Of a DNA stretch of 64,000 nt, positions 52,816 through 64,000 are shown in pieces. The position numbers were made by a program, and so were the translations under genes. Below the pieces are notes generated by a model that did no database searches, was not told the DNA's origin, and saw only the letters and a list, made by a program, of their open reading frames with translations. Location of the stretch: assembly GCF_056746865.1 (NCBI RefSeq), contig NZ_CM163382.1; one strand, given 5' to 3'. The number at the start of each line of letters is the position of its first letter. Position 1 is the first letter of the stretch.

Positions 52816-53403
52816 ATGTATCGGATAGTTCTGGGGAAAGTTTCGACCTTAAGCGCAGCTCCACTGCCACCGGCTTTACGCGATCAAGCACCGCAAGGTC
52901 CACGACGCGAACGCTGGCTGGCGGGGCGTGCATTACTTTCGCACACGCTTTCCCCGCTACCGGAGATCATCTATGGCGAACAAGGCAAACCGGCATTCGC
53001 GCCGGAAACGCCGCTATGGTTCAACTTAAGCCATAGCGGTGACGATATCGCCCTGCTGTTGAGCGATGAAGGCGAAGTCGGCTGCGATATCGAAGTGATT
53101 CGCCCGCGCGCCAACTGGCGCTGGCTGGCGAACGCCGTGTTCAGCCTCGGGGAACACGCTGAGATGGACGCCGTGCATCCCGATCAGCAACTGGAAATGT
53201 TCTGGCGCATCTGGACGCGCAAAGAAGCCATCGTTAAACAGCGTGGCGGCAGCGCCTGGCAAATCGTCAGCGTAGACAGCACCTATCACTCATCACTGTC
53301 AGTCAGCCATTGTCAGCTAGAAAATTTAAGCCTGGCGATCTGCACCCCTACCCCCTTTACGCTCTCCGCCGACAGTGTGCAATGGATCGATTCAGTTAAC
53401 TGA
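52816..53403 (+). CDS. acpT: 4'-phosphopantetheinyl transferase (holo-ACP synthase 2)
   Basis: Internal start MYRIVLGKVSTLSAAPLPPALRD gives 195 aa; the ATG lies 1 bp after the stop of the upstream KS gene. Confidence 0.88.
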   Translation: MYRIVLGKVSTLSAAPLPPALRDQAPQGPRRERWLAGRALLSHTLSPLPEIIYGEQGKPAFAPETPLWFNLSHSGDDIALLLSDEGEVGCDIEVIRPRANWRWLANAVFSLGEHAEMDAVHPDQQLEMFWRIWTRKEAIVKQRGGSAWQIVSVDSTYHSSLSVSHCQLENLSLAICTPTPFTLSADSVQWIDSVN

Positions 53404-53448
53404 TCCGCCCACCCGACTGCCCATCTATTGATCCAGAACAGGTAATCA

Positions 53449-53476
53449 GTATGACGAATACTTAAAATCGTCATAC
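53449..53476 (+). promoter_or_regulatory. NikR operator in the nikA promoter
   Basis: GTATGA-N16-TCATAC dyad, 38 bp upstream of the nikA ATG. Confidence 0.85.
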
Positions 53477-53513
53477 TTATTTCCGCCATCTATTTTAATC
53501 CATTGGGGTTACC

Positions 53514-55088
53514 ATGTTCTCTACACTCCGCCGCACTCTATTTGCGCTGCTGGCTTGTGCGTCTTTTATCGTCCATGCCGCTGCACCAGATGAAATCACC
53601 ACCGCCTGGCCGGTGAATGTCGGGCCACTAAACCCGCACCTTTACACGCCTAACCAGATGTTCGCCCAGAGCATGGTTTATGAACCATTGGTGAAATATC
53701 AGGCAGACGGTTCGGTGATCCCGTGGCTGGCAAAAAGCTGGACTCATTCTGAAGATGGCAAAACCTGGACCTTCACCCTGCGTGATGACGTGAAATTCTC
53801 CAACGGCGAACCGTTTGATGCAGAGGCGGCGGCAGAAAACTTCCGCGCAGTGCTCGATAACCGTCAACGTCACGCCTGGCTGGAGCTGGCAAACCAGATT
53901 GTTGATGTCAAAGCACTCAGTAAAAACGAGCTGCAAATCACCCTGAAAAGCGCCTACTATCCTTTCCTGCAAGAACTGGCCCTGCCCCGTCCTTTCCGTT
54001 TTATCGCACCCTCGCAGTTTAAAAACCACGAAACCATGAACGGAATTAAAGCGCCGATTGGCACCGGGCCGTGGGTTTTACAGGAATCGAAACTGAATCA
54101 GTACGATGTCTTCGTCCGTAACGAAAACTACTGGGGCGAAAAGCCAGCGATTAAAAAGATCACCTTTAACGTGATCCCGGACCCGACTACCCGCGCGGTG
54201 GCGTTTGAAACTGGCGATATCGACCTGCTGTACGGAAACGAAGGGTTATTACCGCTCGATACCTTCGCCCGCTTTAGCCAGAACCCGGCTTACCACACCC
54301 AACTGTCACAGCCGATCGAAACCGTGATGCTGGCGCTCAATACCGCCAAAGCCCCCACCAACGAGCTGGCCGTACGTGAAGCTCTTAATTACGCGGTAAA
54401 CAAAAAATCGCTGATTGATAACGCGTTGTATGGCACCCAGCAGGTCGCCGACACCCTGTTTGCTCCTTCTGTACCCTACGCCAACCTCGGCCTGAAACCG
54501 CGCCAGTACGATCCGCAGAAAGCGAAAGCGTTGCTGGAAAAAGCCGGTTGGACGTTGCCTGCGGGCAAAGACATCCGCGAGAAAAATGGTCAGCCGCTGC
54601 GCATTGAACTGTCGTTCATCGGCACCGATGCGTTAAGTAAATCGATGGCGGAAATCATTCAGGCTGATATGCGCCAGGTTGGCGCAGATGTCTCGCTGAT
54701 TGGCGAAGAAGAGAGCAGTATCTATGCTCGTCAGCGCGACGGTCGTTTTGGCATGATTTTCCACCGCACCTGGGGCGCGCCATACGATCCACACGCCTTC
54801 CTGAGTTCAATGCGCGTACCGTCGCACGCTGATTTCCAGGCACAGCAAGGATTAGCCGACAAGCCGCTGATTGATAAAGAGATCGGCGAAGTGCTGGCAA
54901 CCCATGACGAAACGCAACGTCAGGCGCTGTATCGCGACATTCTGACCCGTCTGCATGACGAGGCGGTTTATCTGCCTATCAGTTACATCTCAATGATGGT
55001 GGTATCAAAACCGGAGCTGGGTAACATCCCCTACGCGCCGATCGCCACCGAAATTCCGTTCGAACAGATTAAACCGGTGAAACCTTAA
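53514..55088 (+). CDS. nikA: Periplasmic nickel-binding protein
   Basis: 524-aa ORF with a signal peptide. Confidence 0.93.
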   Translation: MFSTLRRTLFALLACASFIVHAAAPDEITTAWPVNVGPLNPHLYTPNQMFAQSMVYEPLVKYQADGSVIPWLAKSWTHSEDGKTWTFTLRDDVKFSNGEPFDAEAAAENFRAVLDNRQRHAWLELANQIVDVKALSKNELQITLKSAYYPFLQELALPRPFRFIAPSQFKNHETMNGIKAPIGTGPWVLQESKLNQYDVFVRNENYWGEKPAIKKITFNVIPDPTTRAVAFETGDIDLLYGNEGLLPLDTFARFSQNPAYHTQLSQPIETVMLALNTAKAPTNELAVREALNYAVNKKSLIDNALYGTQQVADTLFAPSVPYANLGLKPRQYDPQKAKALLEKAGWTLPAGKDIREKNGQPLRIELSFIGTDALSKSMAEIIQADMRQVGADVSLIGEEESSIYARQRDGRFGMIFHRTWGAPYDPHAFLSSMRVPSHADFQAQQGLADKPLIDKEIGEVLATHDETQRQALYRDILTRLHDEAVYLPISYISMMVVSKPELGNIPYAPIATEIPFEQIKPVKP

Positions 55089-56028
55089 TGTTGCGTTACG
55101 TATTACGCCGCTTTCTGCTGCTGATCCCGATGGTGCTCGCCGCCTCGGTGATCATTTTTTTGATGCTGCGCCTCGGCACCGGCGACCCGGCGCTTGATTA
55201 TTTGCGTTTATCTAACCTGCCGCCGACGCCGGAGATGCTGACCTCTACCCGCACCATGCTGGGGCTGGATCAGCCGCTGTACGTGCAATACGGCACCTGG
55301 CTATGGAAGGCGCTGCATCTTGATTTCGGTATCTCATTCGCCAGCCAACGCCCGGTGCTGGACGATATGCTGAACTTCCTGCCCGCCACGCTGGAACTGG
55401 CGGGTGCGGCGCTGGTATTAATTCTGCTCACCTCCGTGCCGCTCGGTATCTGGGCTGCACGCCACCGCGATCGCTTGCCCGATTTCGCCGTCCGTTTCAT
55501 CGCGTTTCTCGGCGTGTCGATGCCCAACTTCTGGCTGGCGTTTTTGCTGGTGATGGCGTTTTCGGTATATCTGCAATGGCTACCCGCGATGGGCTACGGC
55601 GGCTGGCAGCACATCATTTTGCCTGCGGTTTCCATTGCCTTTATGTCGCTGGCGATTAACGCGCGGCTGCTGCGCGCCAGTATGCTGGACGTCGCCGGTC
55701 AGCGTCACGTCACCTGGGCGCGGCTACGCGGCCTGAATGACAAACAGACCGAGCGTCGTCATATTCTGCGCAATGCCTCGCTGCCGATGATCACCGCCGT
55801 GGGGATGCACATTGGCGAACTGATTGGCGGGACGATGATTATCGAAAACATCTTTGCCTGGCCGGGCGTCGGGCGCTATGCGGTGTCGGCGATTTTTAAC
55901 CGTGACTATCCGGTGATCCAGTGCTTTACGCTGATGATGGTGGTGGTTTTTGTGGTCTGTAATTTGATTGTCGATTTGCTCAACGCCGCGCTGGACCCGC
56001 GCATTCGTCGTCATGAAGGAGCCCACGC

Positions 56029-56032
<4 letters not shown>
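55088..56032 (+). CDS. nikB: Nickel ABC transporter permease
   Basis: 314-aa membrane ORF. Confidence 0.93.
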
Positions 56033-58835
<2,803 letters not shown>

Positions 58836-59024
58836 CACCTCCCAACGCGCCGTTATTTCCTGACGGCGCAGTAGACTTCTGCCAAATATCGACTCACGTC
58901 ACATTTTTTTGATCACGATTTAGTCCCCTAAAATGTGAGACGCTTCGATCCTCTTTTTCGCCTGTTCACCTACTATACGCTTGAAGTTGTCCATGATTGT
59001 CCATAGACAACTGTAAATGTTCAG

Positions 59025-59779
59025 GTGCGCGCCATGAAATCATTGAGTAAGTCGTCACAAATACCGCTCTATCAACAAGTGGTGGAGTGGATAAGAGAAA
59101 ATATTTATACCGGGGATCTGGTGGAAGACGATCGCATTCCTTCGGAATACCAGATTATGGATATGCTGGAAGTGAGTCGGGGAACCGTTAAAAAAGCTGT
59201 CGCCCAACTGGTAAAACAAGGCGTGTTGATTCAGGTCCAGGGGAAGGGAACATTTGTCAAAAAAGAGAACGTGGCATATCCGTTAGGTGAAGGATTATTG
59301 TCATTCGCGGAATCGCTGGAAAGCCAGAAAATACACTTTACCACTGAAGTTATTACGTCACGGATTGAACCGGCTAATCGTTATGTGGCAGAGAAATTAA
59401 GAATAACGCCCGGTCAGGATATTCTTTACCTTGAGCGTTTACGTTCAATTGGTGATGAAAAAGCGATGCTGATAGAGAACCGTATCAATATTGAGCTATG
59501 CCCCGGCATCGTGGAAATCGATTTTAATCAACACAATTTATTTCCAACAATAGAAAGTTTGTCGAAAAGAAAAATTCGTTACTCGGAAAGTCGCTATGCC
59601 GCGCGATTAATTGGTAATGAACGCGGTCATTTTTAGATATCTGTGAAGATGTACCCGTTTTGCATCTGGAGCAATTAGTCTTTTTCTCCCGAGAGTTACC
59701 CGTTGAGTTTGGCAACGTCTGGTTAAAAGGAAATAAATATTATCTGGGCACCGTGCTGCAACGGCGGGAATTGAGTTAA
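59025..59779 (+). pseudogene. GntR/HutC-family transcriptional regulator, frameshifted in a T5 run (about 59630..59634)
   Basis: N-terminal winged HTH (IPSEYQIMDMLEVSRGTVKKAV) and a UTRA-like C-terminal domain; the frame stops at 59634..59636, but the +1 frame continues DICEDVPVLHLEQLVFFSRELPVEFGNVWLKGNKYYLGTVLQRRELS to 59779. Confidence 0.65.
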
Positions 59780-59803
59780 ATACACTTTTTTATGAGGAAT
59801 AAA

Positions 59804-60277
59804 ATGCAAGGCATACAGTTTCAGGAAAATTATATTCAACGACTTCCGGCAGGGTTAAGCGTTGAACAGATCATCCGTCAGTTAGCGCAACCGTTGGTTG
59901 CTGCTGAGCTGGTGGTCCCTGATTTTGCCGATCACGTACTGAAACGTGAGGCGACGTACCCAACGGGGCTGCCTACCGAACCACCGTGCGTCGCCATTCC
60001 GCACACGGACCATAAATATGTCAGGCACAATGCAATTGCCGTCGGCATCCTTCCGGAACCGGTAGAGTTTGCCGATATGGGCGGCGATCCTGACCCCGTA
60101 CATGTCAGGGTGATTTTTTTGCTCGCCTTAAGTGAAAGTAATAAACAATTAAATGCCCTGGGCTGGATTATGGAGATGATTCAGGATACGCCCTTTATGC
60201 GCGCCCTGCTTACGATGGAAACAACAGAAATACACACAGTAATCTTAAACAAAATGAAAGAACGAGGTGAAATATGA
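59804..60277 (+). CDS. PTS EIIA component (galactitol-family)
   Basis: Phosphorylation-site His motif VAIPHTDHKYV, GatA-like; GAGGA ribosome-binding site upstream of the ATG at 59804. Confidence 0.75.
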   Translation: MQGIQFQENYIQRLPAGLSVEQIIRQLAQPLVAAELVVPDFADHVLKREATYPTGLPTEPPCVAIPHTDHKYVRHNAIAVGILPEPVEFADMGGDPDPVHVRVIFLLALSESNKQLNALGWIMEMIQDTPFMRALLTMETTEIHTVILNKMKERGEI

Positions 60278-60555
60278 GTCAAACCATTTTATTTGTCTGC
60301 GCCACGGGTATTGCCACATCCACGGCGGTAACAGAAAAAGTCATGGAATATTGTAAAGAGCACGGTCTTAACGTCAATTATTCCCAAACCAACGTTGCCT
60401 CTTTACCTGGAAATACTGACGGCGTAGCACTGGTAGTCTCAACGACTAAAGTGCCTTATGAACTCGACGTCCCGGTGGTTAACGGCTTGCCGATTATTAC
60501 CGGTATTGGCGAAGAGAAAGTACTGGCGCAAATTGTTTCGATCCTTAAAAAGTAA
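60274..60555 (+). CDS. PTS EIIB component (galactitol-family)
   Basis: 93-aa ORF with the active-site Cys motif ILFVCATGIATS. Confidence 0.8.
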   Translation: MSQTILFVCATGIATSTAVTEKVMEYCKEHGLNVNYSQTNVASLPGNTDGVALVVSTTKVPYELDVPVVNGLPIITGIGEEKVLAQIVSILKK

Positions 60556-60631
60556 TTAATAATAATTAATTTCAACCCACTCCATCAGGCGCTAACGCGA
60601 GGTGCGCTCTCGCCTGAAAAAGAGGTTTATT

Positions 60632-61990
60632 ATGAACGATATCGCGCATACCCTCTATAATATTGTGCAATATATATTGGGATTTGGTCCCACGGTAATG
60701 TTGCCGTTGGTGTTATTTATTCTTGCTCTCTTTTTTAAAGTAAAACCCGCTAAAGCCTTACGTTCGTCATTAACGGTCGGCATTGGTTTTGTCGGTATTT
60801 ATGCCATTTTCGATATTCTTACCAGCAATGTCGGGCCAGCGGCCCAGGCGATGGTTGAACGCACCGGAATTAATTTACCGGTGGTGGATTTAGGCTGGCC
60901 GCCGCTTTCCGCTATTACATGGGGTTCGCCAATTGCCCCGTTTGTTATTCCCCTGACTATTCTGATTAACGTGGCGATGCTGGCGTTAAATAAAACCCGC
61001 ACCGTTGACGTAGATATGTGGAACTACTGGCATTTTGCCCTTGCCGGTACGCTGGTTTATTACAGCACCGGCAGCCTGTTCTTTGGTTTGCTGGCAGCGG
61101 CGATTGCTGCGGTGGTAGTACTTAAACTCGCCGACTGGTCTGCGCCACTGGTACAAAAATACTTTGGCCTGGAAGGGATCTCTTTGCCGACGCTCTCTTC
61201 GGTGGTGTTCTTTCCGGTCGGTCTGTTGGTCGACAAAATCATCGACCATATCCCCGGCCTCAATCGTATTCATATCGATCCGGAAACCGTACAGAAAAAG
61301 TTTGGCATATTCGGCGAACCGATGATGGTTGGTACTATTCTGGGCATTCTGCTCGGCGTAATTGCCGGATACGATTTCAAAAAAGTCTTGCTGCTTGGCA
61401 TCAGCATTGGCGGTGTGATGTTCATCCTGCCACGCATGGTTCGCATTCTGATGGAAGGTTTATTACCGCTGTCTGAAGCCATTAAAAAGTATCTCAATGC
61501 CAAATACCCTGACCGTGACGATCTCTATATCGGCCTGGATATCGCCGTTGCCGTAGGTAACCCAGCGATTATCTCCACCGCCCTGCTGCTGACGCCAATC
61601 TCGGTCTTTATCGCGTTTGTCCTTCCGGGTAATGAAGTCCTGCCGCTTGGCGACCTTGCCAACCTGGCGGTAATGGCGTCGATGATTGCTTTAGCCAGCC
61701 GTGGCAACATTTTCCGCACCGTTCTGGCGGCGATTCCGGTGATTATTGCCGATCTGTGGATTGCGACTAAAATCGCGCCGTTTATTACCGGAATGGCGAA
61801 AGACGTTAATTTCAAATTTGCCGAAGGCTCCAGCGGCCAGGTCTCCAGTTTCCTTGATGGCGGTAACCCGTTCCGCTTCTGGCTGCTGGAAATCTTCAAC
61901 GGCAATCTCATCGCCATTGGTCTGGTGCCGGTTATCGCCCTGGTACTGTATGGTATTTTCCGAATGACGCGGAGCACGGTTTATGCCTGA
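60632..61990 (+). CDS. PTS EIIC permease (GatC-like)
   Basis: About 452 aa; LGFGPTVMLP and GPAAQAMVERTGINLPVVDLGWP resemble GatC. Confidence 0.8.
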   Translation: MNDIAHTLYNIVQYILGFGPTVMLPLVLFILALFFKVKPAKALRSSLTVGIGFVGIYAIFDILTSNVGPAAQAMVERTGINLPVVDLGWPPLSAITWGSPIAPFVIPLTILINVAMLALNKTRTVDVDMWNYWHFALAGTLVYYSTGSLFFGLLAAAIAAVVVLKLADWSAPLVQKYFGLEGISLPTLSSVVFFPVGLLVDKIIDHIPGLNRIHIDPETVQKKFGIFGEPMMVGTILGILLGVIAGYDFKKVLLLGISIGGVMFILPRMVRILMEGLLPLSEAIKKYLNAKYPDRDDLYIGLDIAVAVGNPAIISTALLLTPISVFIAFVLPGNEVLPLGDLANLAVMASMIALASRGNIFRTVLAAIPVIIADLWIATKIAPFITGMAKDVNFKFAEGSSGQVSSFLDGGNPFRFWLLEIFNGNLIAIGLVPVIALVLYGIFRMTRSTVYA

Positions 61991-63491
61991 TAACAGCGCA
62001 GCTATCGTTATCGATATTGGCACCACCAATTGCAAAGTCACCTGCTTTTCCTGCCTGGACGCAACGACGTTGGGCGCGCATAAATTCGTGACGGCAAAAC
62101 AGATCTCCCCACAGGGCAATGTCGATTTCGATATCGACGCCCTCTGGCAGGAGGTCCGCCAGGCGATAGCGCAACTGAACGCCGCTTCGCCGCTGCCAGT
62201 CAGGCGGATAAGCATTGCCAGTTTTGGCGAGTCAGGCGTGTTCCTTGACGAGCATGGCGAGATCCTGACGCCAATGCTGGCATGGTATGACCGTCGCGGT
62301 GAAGAGTATCTGGCTACACTTAGCGAGGCAGACAGTGCGGCACTTTATGACATTTGCGGGTTACCGCTGCACAGCAATTACTCTGCCTTCAAAATGCGTT
62401 GGTTGCTGGAACATTACCCACTGCGTAATCGCCGCGGCCTGCGTTGGCTACATGCGCCGGAAGTACTGCTCTGGCGGCTGACCGGCGAACAGCGCACGGA
62501 TATCACCTTAGCCAGCCGCACGCTGTGTCTTGACGTGCGCAAAGGCGAATGGTCAGCGAAAGCGGCGGCGTTGTTACACGTTCCCTGTTCAGCATTTGCG
62601 CCATTGGTGCAGCCAGGCGAACACGCCGGATGGGTCAGCGAGTCGCTCTGCAAAACGGTTGGGTTCTCGCAACCGGTCAGCGTGACGCTGGCCGGACATG
62701 ACCATATGGTGGGTGCGCGAGCGTTGCAGATGATGCCGGGCGATATCCTTAACTCGACGGGGACCACAGAAGGCATTCTGCAACTGGATACACAACCGAC
62801 GCTGGATGAACAGGCCAAACGTGACAAGCTGGCAAACGGCTGTTATTCGCTTGCAAACCAGTTCACCCTGTTTGCGTCGCTGCCCGTGGGCGGTTTCGCT
62901 CTGGAGTGGCTGCGTAACACGTTCCGGCTAACCGATGAGGAGATCGCCGCATCACTTACTCGCGGACATGCGGATTACCTGGCGGGGAACTGGTCGCTCG
63001 ATGACATTCCCCTCTTTATTCCACATCTTCGCGGTTCGGGTTCGCCCTATAAAAATCGCCATACTCGTGGATTATTTTATGGGCTTGGCGATACGTTAAA
63101 TATCGACATGTTAATTGCCAGCGTCTCACTGGGATTAACCATGGAATTTGCCAACTGCTTCGCCTGTTTTAATGTGCCTGGCACCAGCGCGTTAAAAGTG
63201 ATAGGTCCGGCAACCCAAAATCCCCTTTGGCTGCAATTAAAAGCGGATATTTTACAGCGTCCGGTTGAAGCAATTGCATTTAACGAGGCGGTTTCTGTCG
63301 GAGCATTATTAACTGCCGCACCGGATATTCCACCGCCGCAAGTTACCATAGCCCAACGTTTGTTACCGAATCGGGCGAGATACCATCAATTACAGCGTTA
63401 TCAGCACAAATGGAAAAGCTGGTATCAGTTGAAATTACAGCAAGAAGGCGTGATGCCATTACACCATCGGGAGGAGCACTATGTTGAGTAA
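61983..63491 (+). CDS. FGGY-family carbohydrate kinase
   Basis: 502-aa ORF whose N-terminus AIVIDIGTTNCKV is a sugar-kinase/actin-fold phosphate-1 motif. Confidence 0.75.
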   Translation: MPDNSAAIVIDIGTTNCKVTCFSCLDATTLGAHKFVTAKQISPQGNVDFDIDALWQEVRQAIAQLNAASPLPVRRISIASFGESGVFLDEHGEILTPMLAWYDRRGEEYLATLSEADSAALYDICGLPLHSNYSAFKMRWLLEHYPLRNRRGLRWLHAPEVLLWRLTGEQRTDITLASRTLCLDVRKGEWSAKAAALLHVPCSAFAPLVQPGEHAGWVSESLCKTVGFSQPVSVTLAGHDHMVGARALQMMPGDILNSTGTTEGILQLDTQPTLDEQAKRDKLANGCYSLANQFTLFASLPVGGFALEWLRNTFRLTDEEIAASLTRGHADYLAGNWSLDDIPLFIPHLRGSGSPYKNRHTRGLFYGLGDTLNIDMLIASVSLGLTMEFANCFACFNVPGTSALKVIGPATQNPLWLQLKADILQRPVEAIAFNEAVSVGALLTAAPDIPPPQVTIAQRLLPNRARYHQLQRYQHKWKSWYQLKLQQEGVMPLHHREEHYVE

Positions 63492-63750
63492 AACCGTGGA
63501 GGTCAGAAACAGTACTGGCCTGCATGCACGTCCGGCGGCGTGTCTGGTGAAAGCCGCCAAAAAGTTTAGCTGTAAAGTGACGCTGCATTATGAGGGTAAT
63601 GATATTAATGCCACCAGCATGATGAATATTATGCGCGCCGGAATAAAAGGCGGCAAAACGGTGGAAATACGCTGCGAAGGCGATGATGAAAATGAGGCAA
63701 TACAAACTCTCACCACCTTATTTCGTGACCGCTTCGGTGAAGCTGAATAA
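63481..63750 (+). CDS. HPr-like phosphocarrier protein
   Basis: 89-aa ORF with the active-site His motif NSTGLHARPAA. Confidence 0.8.
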   Translation: MLSKTVEVRNSTGLHARPAACLVKAAKKFSCKVTLHYEGNDINATSMMNIMRAGIKGGKTVEIRCEGDDENEAIQTLTTLFRDRFGEAE

Positions 63751-63780
63751 TTAACTGATATTAAAAGATGAGGTTTTCAA

Positions 63781-64000
63781 ATGCCATTAGTTAATGGACG
63801 GATACTGCTCGACCGCATTCAGGAAAAACGGGTATTAGCGGGCGCGTTTAATACCACCAATCTGGAGACGACAATTTCAATTTTAAACGCTATTGAGCGT
63901 TCGGGATTGCCTAACTTCATTCAGATTGCGCCCACCAATGCACAACTCTCGGGATACGATTACATTTATGAAATCGTGAAACGTCACGCCGATAAAATGG
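63781..64000 (+). CDS. Class II ketose-bisphosphate aldolase (GatY/KbaY-like), N-terminal fragment; continues beyond the window end
   Basis: MPLVNGRILLDRIQEKRVLAGAFNTTNLETTISILNAIERSGLPNFIQIAP... resembles class II aldolase N-termini. Confidence 0.7.
   Translation, partial: MPLVNGRILLDRIQEKRVLAGAFNTTNLETTISILNAIERSGLPNFIQIAPTNAQLSGYDYIYEIVKRHADKM

Noticed and set aside
53404-53448. FNR-type TTGAT...ATCAA box upstream of nikA
   Set aside because: Only one half-site (TTGAT at about 53428) is convincing and the partner half-site is poor, so only the NikR operator is called.

Overview
This window reads as an Escherichia coli chromosomal segment running gntU-gntK-gntR, yhhW, yhhX, the RyhB sRNA, yhhY, then an AT-rich orphan Hcp-nuclease island (yhhZ interrupted by a complete IS2, yrhA, yrhB), followed by ggt, yhhA, ugpQCEAB, livFGMHK, panM, livJ, rpoH, ftsXEY, rsmD, yhhL/M/N, zntA, tusA, yhhQ, dcrB, yhhS and yhhT. 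Between yhhT and acpT sits an ~15 kb, 18-gene accessory cluster of type II PKS/FAS-like enzymes with an outer-membrane export module, which matches the aryl-polyene (APE) / O157 'O-island' family; acpT starts 1 bp after its last gene. The window then continues with nikABCDE-nikR and ends in a second accessory island: a frameshifted GntR/HutC-type regulator plus a galactitol-family PTS, an FGGY kinase, an HPr-like protein and a class II aldolase (partial at the window edge). I found no CRISPR array, rRNA or tRNA. I do not see a wholly undescribed system: the most notable content is the APE-like cluster, the IS2-disrupted Hcp-HNH toxin module with its SUKH-like immunity gene, and the PTS island with a broken regulator, all of which belong to recognisable families. 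All calls rest on reading the translated ORFs, motifs and remembered E. coli gene order; no database search was run, and comparisons to K-12 are from memory.
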